NCBI GenBank assembly: GCA_963783885.1
Contig: CAWAPJ010000017.1
Location: 37,791-101,790 of the forward strand
Source: Waddliaceae bacterium
Lineage (GTDB): Bacteria > Chlamydiota > Chlamydiia > Chlamydiales > SLFE01
DNA: 64,000 nt
Direction: 5' to 3'
Every line of letters begins with the position of its first letter. Within the stretch, counting starts at the first letter, position 1. Positions 10,068 to 18,578 of this stretch are shown one piece after another. The notes below the pieces were generated by a model. It did no database searches. It had not been told where the DNA came from and saw nothing but the letters and a program-made list of their open reading frames with translations. The translations under genes and the position numbers were made by a program.

Positions 10068-10901
10068 TCACTGCTGTAATTTAGCCCTGCCGTTCAATGG
10101 TGGAGAAAGGAGGGATTCTTCTGGCAGAGGAAGTGTATGAGGGCCAGCTAATTCCTCAAAAGTTAATCTTTCAGCCACCTGCCCTACAGATGAGGCCGTG
10201 AGTTGCAGTTGCTTTTCTTGTTCTTGAGGTTCGACCTTGGTTTCTTTGCTAGAATCATCGGGAGAGGGACTCTCGGTAGTTTTCGGCCGTAATATTTTAG
10301 CCTTGTCTGTCAATGATGAAGGTAAAGAAAATTCTTTAGGCAGAGAGTGTTGAGTGGACATTTCTTCTGATTTTTTTGATCTTGCAGCTCTTACTTTCTT
10401 TATCAGTAAAATTCCAGTGTTAAGATTCTTAATCTTATCCTCTGATAAACCTTTAGTATCCTCAGATATCTCCAAAATTAATTTATTTAAATAATCATCA
10501 AGTTTTTGCGTTTCATCTTTCTTTGGAATTTTACTTAATTCAATGAGATCTAGGATGGTTTCCATCCTTTCTTTTTGCACATTTCTTTTTGTCATCATTA
10601 AAATATCTTTTAGTTCGTTTTTATGGTATTCTTTCATGTAAGCTTTCGCATATTCCTCTTCGCTGACACTACGCTTCTTTGTAGTGTCAGTCTTTTTCAT
10701 GCCGATTTGTTCTTTGCCTTTCCTGGATTTTATGGTGCTCCTTAGTCGACTGCCGCTTTTCGAAAGATCTAACTTTTTCAAAGCTTTTAGAGCGGCATTT
10801 TTAATTGTGTTTGTCTTATCCGCCTTACTCCGTTTTGTTTGGTGAGGTGGTTTTTGAATAGAATTACTTTGAATAAAAATACCTTTGTTATTTACATCCA
10901 T
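10068..10901 (-). CDS. Truncated paralog of the adjacent RasGEF-domain protein (N-terminal part only)
   Basis: Shares KKLDLSKSGSRLRS / KSLDLSKSSGRFRS and QLQLTASSV..FEELAGP / QLQSTATSV..FEELVGP with the 907-aa neighbour; ends before any RasGEF domain. Confidence 0.75.
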   Translation of the reverse strand: MDVNNKGIFIQSNSIQKPPHQTKRSKADKTNTIKNAALKALKKLDLSKSGSRLRSTIKSRKGKEQIGMKKTDTTKKRSVSEEEYAKAYMKEYHKNELKDILMMTKRNVQKERMETILDLIELSKIPKKDETQKLDDYLNKLILEISEDTKGLSEDKIKNLNTGILLIKKVRAARSKKSEEMSTQHSLPKEFSLPSSLTDKAKILRPKTTESPSPDDSSKETKVEPQEQEKQLQLTASSVGQVAERLTFEELAGPHTLPLPEESLLSPPLNGRAKLQQ

Positions 10902-10977
10902 AATAACCTCGATAACTTAAATTATTATATTTTTATTATAACACTATTAAAAATTTATTTAATTCATAAAAAAAGTA

Positions 10978-11006
10978 TTGCTTTTTGGGAGGATTTTGAG
11001 TACTTT
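10978..11006 (+). promoter_or_regulatory. Putative sigma66 promoter of murC-ddl
   Basis: TTGCTT-17 nt-TACTTT, 22 nt before the murC ATG; duplicate TTGATT-17-TACTTT at 9968-9996. Confidence 0.5.
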
Positions 11007-11028
11007 TTAGGTCAAAAATGGGTGGGGT

Positions 11029-13350
11029 ATGACAGGAAACGACCCAAAAATGTGCCATTTTATCGGCATTGGGGGAATCGGCATGAGCGGGCTGGCCCGG
11101 CTCATGCTGCAAAATGCTGCAGTATCAGGCAGTGACAGGGCAAAAAATAGGGTTACGCGGGACTTGGAAAGAAGGGGGGCGAAGATATCCGAGGGGCACT
11201 TCGCCCGGAATATCGAGGCTGGTATGACTGTCGTCTATTCTTCGGATATTCCCAAGGACAATGTAGAGCTTTTGGAAGCCAAAAAGCTAGGATGCCCAGT
11301 GCTTCATCGCTCGGAGCTTCTTCAGCGGCTGATGGCTTCGAGAAAGGCGCTGGCCGTTGCCGGTACCCACGGAAAAACGACGACATCGGCGCTTTTATCC
11401 GTAGTTTTAAAAGAGGCGGGGGTCGATCCCTCTTACATGGTCGGAGGGATCGTGTCCGAATACGGCAGCAGCGCCGCTTCAGGCGAGGGGATGTACTTTG
11501 TCGTCGAGGCTGATGAGAGCGACGGCTCTTTTTTGCGCTATGCTCCCTATGGGGCGATCATCACAAATATCGATCTTGACCACTTAAACCATTTTGGTTC
11601 GGAAGAAACTTTAGTGGAGTCCTTCCGGCAATTCGCTGGGCAGGTAGTTTCAAAGGATCACTTATTCTGGTGCGGTGATGACGAGCGTTTGCAAAAGCTC
11701 GGTTTGCCAGGCTTCAGCTACGGATTTGGCGAGAGGTGTTTATTGCGGGTGTCGAACTATCGGCAAAGGGGGTGGAATTGTCTCTTTGATGTCAGTTTCG
11801 GAGGAGTCGACTATCCAAATGTCGAGGCGGCTCTTGCGGGAGGGCACAATGCTCTGAATGCGGCGGCCGTTTTTGGCCTCAGCCTGGCTGTGGGAGCTCA
11901 AGAGGAGTCTGTCAGGAGGGCCCTCAAAACGTTTAAAGGTGTCGGCAGGCGCTCAGAGAGGATCGGATCGGTTTCAGACATTTTATTTTTGGACGACTAT
12001 GCCCATCACCCGACTGAAATCGAAGCAGCTCTTGGGGCTATAAGGAAAGCAGTGGGGGAAAGACGCATTGTCGCCATCTATCAGCCCCACCGCTATTCCC
12101 GTTTGCAATATTGTCTGGGTCGTTTTGGCCAGTGCTTTCAGGAAGCGGACGAGGTCATTGTAACAGATATTTATGCGGCGGGGGAAAAAGCTGTAGAGGG
12201 TGTGACAACCGAAGCGATTGTGCGGGAAATTAAAGGCAGCCGCAAAGTTTTAAGAGAAGAGCTTGAGGCCGTCTGCTTGCAGGACCTGATGCCGCATGAT
12301 GTCGTTGTGACATTGGGAGCCGGCGATATCACCCGTTTTGGAAGAGGACTGGTTGAGACGCTGAAAAAGAGGCCTCCAAAAAAAATGACGGTGGGCGTTG
12401 TCAAAGGCGGGGCGTCATACGAACACGACATTTCGCTCAAGTCAGCCGAGTATATCGAGGAGTCTTTGGCGCAGGATATCTATGAGTTGAAAGTGATGAC
12501 TATCGGACGAAACGGGGAGATGCCTTTTTTGGATGAACTCATGAAATGCGATGTGGTCTTTCCCATTCTTCATGGCCCTTATGGCGAGGACGGAACAATA
12601 CAAGGAATGTTCGAAATGCTGGGGCTGCCTTATGTCGGCTGTTCGCATAGGGCTTGTTCGGTTGCCATGGACAAATCCATGACCAAAAAGCTTGCCATAT
12701 TACACGGCATTCGCACTTCTCCTTTCCGACACGTTCATATACGGGATTGGAGAAAATCGAGGGAGAGACTTGCGGAAGAAATTGCCGGCGAACTTGCATT
12801 TCCGGTTTTTGTCAAGGGGTCGCATCTCGGTTCTTCTTTCGGCTTGGTAAAAGTCGAGAGTCCGGAGGGGCTGCCTAAAGCCATTGACGAAGTGTTCGCA
12901 TGCGATTCTGAGCTGATTGTGGAGCAGGGAATACAGGGCAGGGAAATCGAGTTTGCCGTGCTGGGAAATGACGAGATCGCCGTCTTTTCTCCCGGAGAAA
13001 TTTTGACAGGGGGCAAGGTGTATGATTTCGAAGCGAAATACAGCGATAAGAGCGTGCCGATCACCGATAGCCCCGACTTGCCGCCGCACCTCATTGAAGA
13101 AGGGAGGGAGCTGGCTCGAAAGGCTTTTGAGGCGATAGGCGGGGAGGGAATGGCCCGTATAGATTTTTTCCTCGACCGCCTGGACAAATATTGGCTGAAT
13201 GAAATCAACCCTATTCCGGGACTGACAGAGAAAAGCCTCTATCCGAAACTCTGCAAAAAGGAGGGAATCGGCGGCAGGGAACTGGTGAGGAGGTTGATCG
13301 TTTTGGCACTGCATCGTCACCGAAGAAGCCGGGCGGTGTGTCGTGCATGA
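11029..13350 (+). CDS. murC/ddl: Bifunctional UDP-MurNAc--L-Ala ligase / D-Ala--D-Ala ligase (MurC-Ddl fusion)
   Basis: HFIGIGGIGMSG, GTHGKTTT, EADESD and DDYAHHPTE (MurC), then GGASYEHDIS, LHGPYGEDG, YDFEAKY and NEINPIPG (Ddl); the fusion is typical of Chlamydiae. Confidence 0.96.
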   Translation: MTGNDPKMCHFIGIGGIGMSGLARLMLQNAAVSGSDRAKNRVTRDLERRGAKISEGHFARNIEAGMTVVYSSDIPKDNVELLEAKKLGCPVLHRSELLQRLMASRKALAVAGTHGKTTTSALLSVVLKEAGVDPSYMVGGIVSEYGSSAASGEGMYFVVEADESDGSFLRYAPYGAIITNIDLDHLNHFGSEETLVESFRQFAGQVVSKDHLFWCGDDERLQKLGLPGFSYGFGERCLLRVSNYRQRGWNCLFDVSFGGVDYPNVEAALAGGHNALNAAAVFGLSLAVGAQEESVRRALKTFKGVGRRSERIGSVSDILFLDDYAHHPTEIEAALGAIRKAVGERRIVAIYQPHRYSRLQYCLGRFGQCFQEADEVIVTDIYAAGEKAVEGVTTEAIVREIKGSRKVLREELEAVCLQDLMPHDVVVTLGAGDITRFGRGLVETLKKRPPKKMTVGVVKGGASYEHDISLKSAEYIEESLAQDIYELKVMTIGRNGEMPFLDELMKCDVVFPILHGPYGEDGTIQGMFEMLGLPYVGCSHRACSVAMDKSMTKKLAILHGIRTSPFRHVHIRDWRKSRERLAEEIAGELAFPVFVKGSHLGSSFGLVKVESPEGLPKAIDEVFACDSELIVEQGIQGREIEFAVLGNDEIAVFSPGEILTGGKVYDFEAKYSDKSVPITDSPDLPPHLIEEGRELARKAFEAIGGEGMARIDFFLDRLDKYWLNEINPIPGLTEKSLYPKLCKKEGIGGRELVRRLIVLALHRHRRSRAVCRA

Positions 13351-14185
13351 GAGGATTCCCCTCAAAAGAGCTTTGCTTGTCATTTTCCTTTCCGTCATTG
13401 CGGTAACCGGTTCGGCGACTTTGGGATGGTTCTATTATCTTCACCGGATTCATGTCAAACAGGGAGACAGCGCCTACAATATTGAAGTGATCGCTACGAC
13501 CCGCAGGGCAGCAGAGAAGCTTGAGTCGGACTACATAGCCGAGCTGCTCGGGCTTTCGAAAGACAAGCCTGTCAATCTTTATACCCTAAGCTTAAAAGAG
13601 GCAGAAGCAAAATTGAGAAAAAGCCCTCTTATCAAAAAGGCCAGGGTGGAAAAAATCAAACCAAAAACCCTCCATATTGATTACATGCTTCGCACCCCGG
13701 TTGCCTATTTGGGAGACTACACAAATGTTGCAATTGACGATGAGGGGACGATGCTCCCTTTCCTGCCATTCTTTACCCCCAAAAACCTTCCGAAAATTTA
13801 TTTGGGAGAAGAATTGACAAACCTTTGGGGCGGCAGGCTGAGCAGCAAAAAATATCTCTTGAGCCGCGAGCTTCTGGGAAGACTGCAACAGCTCGGGATG
13901 ACAATCAAGTCTATCGATGTGTCACGCATTGATTCTTTCAGTTATGGACAAAGGGAAATCATTGTCTTTGTCGAGGATCGTATTGAAAATGAAGGGGTTT
14001 TTGTGATTGCTCCGATGCTTATTCGCTTGAATTCCGATAATTATGCCAAGTCGCTGGAGGATTTTCAGCTTCTTCGCCAGCATCTCGCTTTGGCAATTTC
14101 TGCGGATCATGACAAGCTGATCAGGCAACCGGTCACAATAGTTGACTTGCGGATGGACAGTCTGGCTTTTATTGAAGATCATTAA
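13343..14185 (+). CDS. ftsQ: FtsQ/DivIB-like cell division protein
   Basis: Single N-terminal TM, POTRA-like segment NLYTLSLKEAEAKLRKSPLIKKARVEKIKPKTLHIDY..RTPVAYL, C-terminal VDLR; follows murC-ddl. Confidence 0.75.
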   Translation: MHERIPLKRALLVIFLSVIAVTGSATLGWFYYLHRIHVKQGDSAYNIEVIATTRRAAEKLESDYIAELLGLSKDKPVNLYTLSLKEAEAKLRKSPLIKKARVEKIKPKTLHIDYMLRTPVAYLGDYTNVAIDDEGTMLPFLPFFTPKNLPKIYLGEELTNLWGGRLSSKKYLLSRELLGRLQQLGMTIKSIDVSRIDSFSYGQREIIVFVEDRIENEGVFVIAPMLIRLNSDNYAKSLEDFQLLRQHLALAISADHDKLIRQPVTIVDLRMDSLAFIEDH

Positions 14186-15128
14186 TTTTTTTGCAGAATG
14201 AATCATATAAAGTATCATCTAGCTCAAGAAAACCATCCTGCCTTGATTTTTCCGCCTTAAGTTCGCTTCTTTCTCCAGGAAGTGTAATTTTTGAGCTTGA
14301 GGACTTTATGGTATTTTTGAGTTTTTCCATTGAGTGAAAAAAATGATCTTTTCCTGAAAACAGATCGGGATCTAAAGCGGCAATCAAATTTCCGCGATTA
14401 TTTTCCTGATCGCTACTACCTACCAAAGGACCTGTTAGTGCTTCAATTACGAGTCCTAACCCGGATCCTTTGGGACCAAAACTCTTTAAAGCACCTTCAA
14501 TCGCTTTTTTCGAGTCTTTAGTTGTCCGGCCTTCTTTATCGAATGCTAGATCTTCTGTAAGATCACGACCTAGTAAATAGGACTCCACAACCTTAAAGAA
14601 GGCTGTCGATGAAGTTGCCATATCAAAGACTATCGGGTCTGATTTTGTCGGAAGTCCAAAAGCTATAGGGTTTGTACCAAGAACAGGTCGAGTTCCTCCA
14701 TAGAAAGCAACACGCTTTTTAGAACCCGAACAGGCTAATGCTAAATATCCCTGACTGGCAATTTTGGAAACATAGTATCCAATAGCTCCTGTTCCTTCAT
14801 AGGCTTGGCATGTTCCCACTAAAGCGGCACCATTTTGTTTGACTTTTTGCAAACAAAGCTCCATAGCCTCGTGCATCACAAGAATGCCATTGCTTGCTTT
14901 TCCATCAATCCATGAAGAAAAAGGAGTCTCTTTCAGTACTTCTAACGGTTCTGCTTCTGGATCTTTCGTATAACCACTCGTGATAAATTGTATAAGACCT
15001 TGATGATTCCCTCGAAGGTAACCATAAAAAAGCACATCCAAAATGATTGCGCATTCACTGTCAGAATAGCCGGCTTTTAATAGAGCTTTCCGGTTAAGAT
15101 CTTCCAGATTGCTAATGAGTACCTTCAT
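14169..15128 (-). CDS. Ldh_2 family (malate/L-lactate/ureidoglycolate-type) NAD(P)-dependent oxidoreductase
   Basis: GTNPIAFGLP, PIVFDMATS, FGPKGSGLGLVIEALTGPL and LPGERS motifs. Confidence 0.85.
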   Translation of the reverse strand: MKVLISNLEDLNRKALLKAGYSDSECAIILDVLFYGYLRGNHQGLIQFITSGYTKDPEAEPLEVLKETPFSSWIDGKASNGILVMHEAMELCLQKVKQNGAALVGTCQAYEGTGAIGYYVSKIASQGYLALACSGSKKRVAFYGGTRPVLGTNPIAFGLPTKSDPIVFDMATSSTAFFKVVESYLLGRDLTEDLAFDKEGRTTKDSKKAIEGALKSFGPKGSGLGLVIEALTGPLVGSSDQENNRGNLIAALDPDLFSGKDHFFHSMEKLKNTIKSSSSKITLPGERSELKAEKSRQDGFLELDDTLYDSFCKKINDLQ

Positions 15129-15570
15129 GTATAGGAATCCCTTTCTCCAAAAGTTTTAATATAGCTTCCAGTGCAAGAAAATAGCCATCAACTCCAAATC
15201 CGATAATCATACCTTGTGAGATCTCTGATAAAACACAATGAATGTGTCTTTTAGCAATATTGCTGATGTGAATTTCTACATAGGGAATGGAAATCCCCAG
15301 AATACAATCCTTCAAAGCATAGCCAGCATATGTAAAACCCGCCGGATTCATAACAAGACCATCTATCCCCTCATTGGCTCCCTGATAGATGCGGTTGATA
15401 GCCTCTCCTTCAATATTTGTATAAAAGATATCAAGTTGATATCCGTTCTGATCCGCGTGTTTGAGCAAACAAGCGTTTAGTTCATCAGCCGTTGTATAGC
15501 CGTATATCTCAGGCTCCCTCTTACCCAGAAAATTTAAATTAGCTCCTTGAACAAGCAAAATTTTTTTCAT
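15112..15570 (-). CDS. aroQ: Type II 3-dehydroquinate dehydratase-like protein
   Basis: QGANLNFLGKREPEIYG, NPAGFT, EIHISNI and GFGVDGY motifs; several substrate-binding positions diverge from the usual consensus. Confidence 0.8.
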   Translation of the reverse strand: MKKILLVQGANLNFLGKREPEIYGYTTADELNACLLKHADQNGYQLDIFYTNIEGEAINRIYQGANEGIDGLVMNPAGFTYAGYALKDCILGISIPYVEIHISNIAKRHIHCVLSEISQGMIIGFGVDGYFLALEAILKLLEKGIPIHEGTH

Positions 15571-15740
15571 AAAAATCCTGATAAATAGTTAAAAAATGGA
15601 TACTACCATTCTATTAAAAAAAAAGGTAGCAATCAAGGGCAAGAATCCCAGCAGTTCCCACTGTCATTTTTTCACCACAATACTTTATTTTTTTGGGAAA
15701 AGGATATATATAAATATTTTGAGAATTTGCGAAACATTTA

Positions 15741-15900
15741 ACTCGACTTTATGATTTTTATCGATTCGATGACAATAGAGAGGGCGCTCAGCTTCAAATT
15801 ATTTTCACTGGTTCAGGCAAATTACCTAATCCGTGAAAATAATTTGAAGATCAGCATTCTCTCTGAAGTCAGCAGGTCGATAAAAATCATAAAGTCGAGT
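15741..15900. mobile_element. 160-bp palindromic MITE-like element flanked by TTA direct repeats
   Basis: Terminal IR ACTCGACTTTATGATTTTTATCGA / TCGATAAAAATCATAAAGTCGAGT (24/24), inner IR CTTCAAATTATTTTCAC / GTGAAAATAATTTGAAG (17/17); TTA at 15738-15740 and 15901-15903. Confidence 0.75.
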
Positions 15901-15929
15901 TTAATGCAGAAAACCAGGACAATGAAAGC

Positions 15930-16745
15930 ATGAAAAAGAAACTATTATTCCCATTAGTTGTAATTGTAATATTCATTTATTTTTTTAGCTCAAGTTTAAA
16001 AAATAAAGAATATTTTTTTAATCCCGCAACATTTGATGTTGTTTCGGATGAATCAAAAAGCCCGCATTTAACTCCGGATATCAAACAAATTTTAACGCAA
16101 AACTTCACCTATCTCGGAGAGGGAGGACAAGCCTACGCTTTTTGCAGTTCGGATGGCAAACATGTTCTTAAAATATTCAAAAAGAAACATATAAAGCCTG
16201 AATGGTACATTGTGTTTATACCAAATATATCATGGTTTAAACAAGTGAGGGATAAACACCAAAGAAATTTGCTTTCAAATGTAATCAAAACCTATGTTGA
16301 CGCCTTTGAGCTGGATAGTCAGGGATGCGGGATTCTCTATACCCATTTCAATCCTGAAGAGAAAATCGATAGAGTGATTGAGGTGCAGGATAAATTAGGC
16401 AATAGTCACCTTCTGGACCTTGACAACATCCCTTTTTTGATACAGGAAAAAGCCATTCCATTTTGCCAGGTGTTAAAACAGCATTTAGATGAGGGAGAGA
16501 CGGAACTTGCCAACCAGCGTATTGATCAAATGTTAGATCTCTATGACAAACATATGGACCAAGGTCTCTACGATCTTGGAATCGGAGTGCTTCACAACAA
16601 TGGATTTGTCGGTCAAAAACCCATTCATCTGGATGTCGGCCATTATGTCTTTGCCCCCGATAGTGAAATAGACAAAGATCAAAAGATGGAAGAGATTAAA
16701 GGTCGCATACAAGCATTTGTCTCAAAGAATTCCGATTTAAATTGA
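15930..16745 (+). CDS. Membrane-anchored hypothetical protein with protein-kinase-like motifs
   Basis: N-terminal TM; YLGEGGQAYAF (Gly loop), HVLKIFK (beta3 Lys), NNGF..PIHLDVG (catalytic/DFG-like region). Confidence 0.6.
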   Translation: MKKKLLFPLVVIVIFIYFFSSSLKNKEYFFNPATFDVVSDESKSPHLTPDIKQILTQNFTYLGEGGQAYAFCSSDGKHVLKIFKKKHIKPEWYIVFIPNISWFKQVRDKHQRNLLSNVIKTYVDAFELDSQGCGILYTHFNPEEKIDRVIEVQDKLGNSHLLDLDNIPFLIQEKAIPFCQVLKQHLDEGETELANQRIDQMLDLYDKHMDQGLYDLGIGVLHNNGFVGQKPIHLDVGHYVFAPDSEIDKDQKMEEIKGRIQAFVSKNSDLN

Positions 16746-16756
16746 GTATAATTGAC

Positions 16757-16785
16757 TTGCGTGTAGACAGTCTGCCTTTTATAAT
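16757..16785 (+). promoter_or_regulatory. Putative sigma66 promoter of cutA
   Basis: TTGCGT-17 nt-TATAAT followed by an AGGAGG RBS and the cutA ATG. Confidence 0.6.
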
Positions 16786-16803
16786 GCTCTTTAGGAGGAG
16801 ATC

Positions 16804-17124
16804 ATGACAGAATTTATTGAGATCCATTGGACTGCTGGAAGTATAGACGAGGCAAGGCGCGTTTGCCGCTATTTGATTCAAGAGAGGCTGGCCGCCTGCG
16901 CGCAAATCGTTCCCTGGATCGAGTCGGTCTATATGTGGAACAATCAGCTCGAGACGTCGCAGGAGAGCAAAATTACTCTGAAAACCACTTCGGAACACTA
17001 TCCCAAAATCAAAGAAGTAATTTTGAAAAACAGCTCCTATGAGGTCCCTGAAATCACTGTTGTCCAGATCCTGGAGGGCAATGAGGAGTATTTGTCTTGG
17101 ATTAAAGAATCGATTTCTGTATAA
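16804..17124 (+). CDS. cutA: Divalent-cation tolerance protein CutA
   Basis: ERLAACAQI, SVYMWNN, E....LKT and SYEVPEI motifs; strong RBS. Confidence 0.93.
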   Translation: MTEFIEIHWTAGSIDEARRVCRYLIQERLAACAQIVPWIESVYMWNNQLETSQESKITLKTTSEHYPKIKEVILKNSSYEVPEITVVQILEGNEEYLSWIKESISV

Positions 17125-17154
17125 CTGTCAAAACATTTATGAGCAGGAGCGGCA

Positions 17155-18498
17155 ATGGAACCCGTTTCCAGAAAGCAGCGGATAGATCATCTTTACAACC
17201 TCTTTTCCCCTGAAGAACAGGGCGGCAGATCTAAATTGTCTGACACAGTTCATCACATTGAAAATAACATCAAGAAATCAACGAGAACACGACGTTTCAG
17301 ATCGGACAGTCTTTATCTGCATCCCAAAGTAGATAATGTTGGATACCATGTTCTGGTAACCAATAGAAAAAGCAAAGACCCTCGAATATACATACTTCCC
17401 AAGACTAAGGAAATTGGTGAAGGGATATTTAAAGTTGTGAGAATCGGCTTTGATTATCATACATGCACGCGGGTAGCTTCAGCAACATTGAAGGAAAATG
17501 TAGAAGAAGCAAAAAAGGAATTTAAGCTTTTGAAACGATTCGGTGTGGCTTTGGATTATGGGGTCTATAGTCACGAGAAACAAAAAAAAGTAAAAATTAT
17601 CATGCGTCTTGGAAACATGGGGAATCTTGAATCTCTCATTTATCCTGAAAACAGGTCTTGTTATCAACAGTTGTCGCGTGAGCAAAGAATCGAGCTCTTG
17701 ACAAGTATGTTGAGCGAGGTAAAGAAAATTCATGAGTCCGATTATGTCATAGCCGATCTTAAGGTTCCTAATATCGTGTGGAATCAAGATAACAAGGGTC
17801 ATATAAAAGCGTTTATTTGCGATATGGGCTTGAGCTATCACATAACAGAAAAAAACAAAAGGTTGCGCGGAACTCCTCAGACAATAGCTCCTGAAATTGT
17901 CGAGAAAAAATTAGGCCTTGATAAAACAATTGGCAAACCTGTGGATATTTTTGCTTTGGGATTTATACTTTGGTCTGTATTTGTCGGCGGGACGCCTCCG
18001 TGGCTGAAAATCTGTGAGAGATTGGCTATTAGTAACATGTCGCTTTTAGAACCCACCTTTTATGAATCATGCTGGGATGCTTTTAAAGCGCCGGTGGAGT
18101 CATTGGAGTTTTTCATTCATCAAATGATGCACCCTGACCAAAAGAAGAGGCCTGAGATTAAAAAGGTGTTGGCGAATCTTGGAGGGAAGGATCCTCAAGA
18201 GCTTTTGGATAAAAAGTGCGGCGGGATAAGATTGATGTCTCATTCCGAAACGATTCAGTCTATCAAATTGTTTTTATCAGACATAGACGAAAGAAATTCG
18301 GAATATTTAAAACCCCTCACCAGCTATTATTTTTTGTCAGAGGATAAGGAAGATGAAAATTCTGTGATGATTGTTTATTTTACAAATGAGGAGGGAGAAT
18401 ATAGTGAAGTCTCTCTTAGAAATGATGTCAACAAAGTGAAGCAGGTTCTTGCGTGGTTAGGTTCTATGGACTGTCTCAATTATTGGCAATATATTTAG
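17155..18498 (+). CDS. Eukaryotic-like Ser/Thr protein kinase domain protein (putative effector)
   Basis: IGEGIFKVV, IADLKVPNIV, ICDMGLS, GTPQTIAPE, DIFALG and HPDQKKRP (Hanks subdomains). Confidence 0.8.
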   Translation: MEPVSRKQRIDHLYNLFSPEEQGGRSKLSDTVHHIENNIKKSTRTRRFRSDSLYLHPKVDNVGYHVLVTNRKSKDPRIYILPKTKEIGEGIFKVVRIGFDYHTCTRVASATLKENVEEAKKEFKLLKRFGVALDYGVYSHEKQKKVKIIMRLGNMGNLESLIYPENRSCYQQLSREQRIELLTSMLSEVKKIHESDYVIADLKVPNIVWNQDNKGHIKAFICDMGLSYHITEKNKRLRGTPQTIAPEIVEKKLGLDKTIGKPVDIFALGFILWSVFVGGTPPWLKICERLAISNMSLLEPTFYESCWDAFKAPVESLEFFIHQMMHPDQKKRPEIKKVLANLGGKDPQELLDKKCGGIRLMSHSETIQSIKLFLSDIDERNSEYLKPLTSYYFLSEDKEDENSVMIVYFTNEEGEYSEVSLRNDVNKVKQVLAWLGSMDCLNYWQYI

Positions 18499-18578
18499 TC
18501 GCCCCTGAATTCTTTGTGTCTTTGAGTCTTTGTGTTTCACCCATATTTTTAGAAAGCCGTTTGGTTATTTTGCATGTA

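Larger units (their letters stand above)
9860..11067. repeat. Direct repeat pair (~9860-10057 and ~10895-11067) from a tandem duplication, including a relic of the murC 5' end
   Basis: AAATTTATTT(T)AATTCATAAAAA..GTATTG.TTTTTGGGAGG..TTTG.GTACTTTTTAGGTCAAAAATGGGTGGG.TATGACAG.AAACGACC.AAAAA..GTGC.ATTTTATCGG is present twice; copy 1 encodes MTANDLKKCYFIG versus MurC MTGNDPKMCHFIG. Confidence 0.9.

Noticed and set aside
11029-13350. MurC-Ddl fusion as a novelty
   Set aside because: Established feature of Chlamydiae.
15751-15933. 60-aa ORF as an independent gene
   Set aside because: Almost entirely within the palindromic element.
18510-18537. TCTTTGTG-TCTTTGAG-TCTTTGTG 8-mer tandem
   Set aside because: Only three short units with no spacers; not a CRISPR array and too short to interpret.
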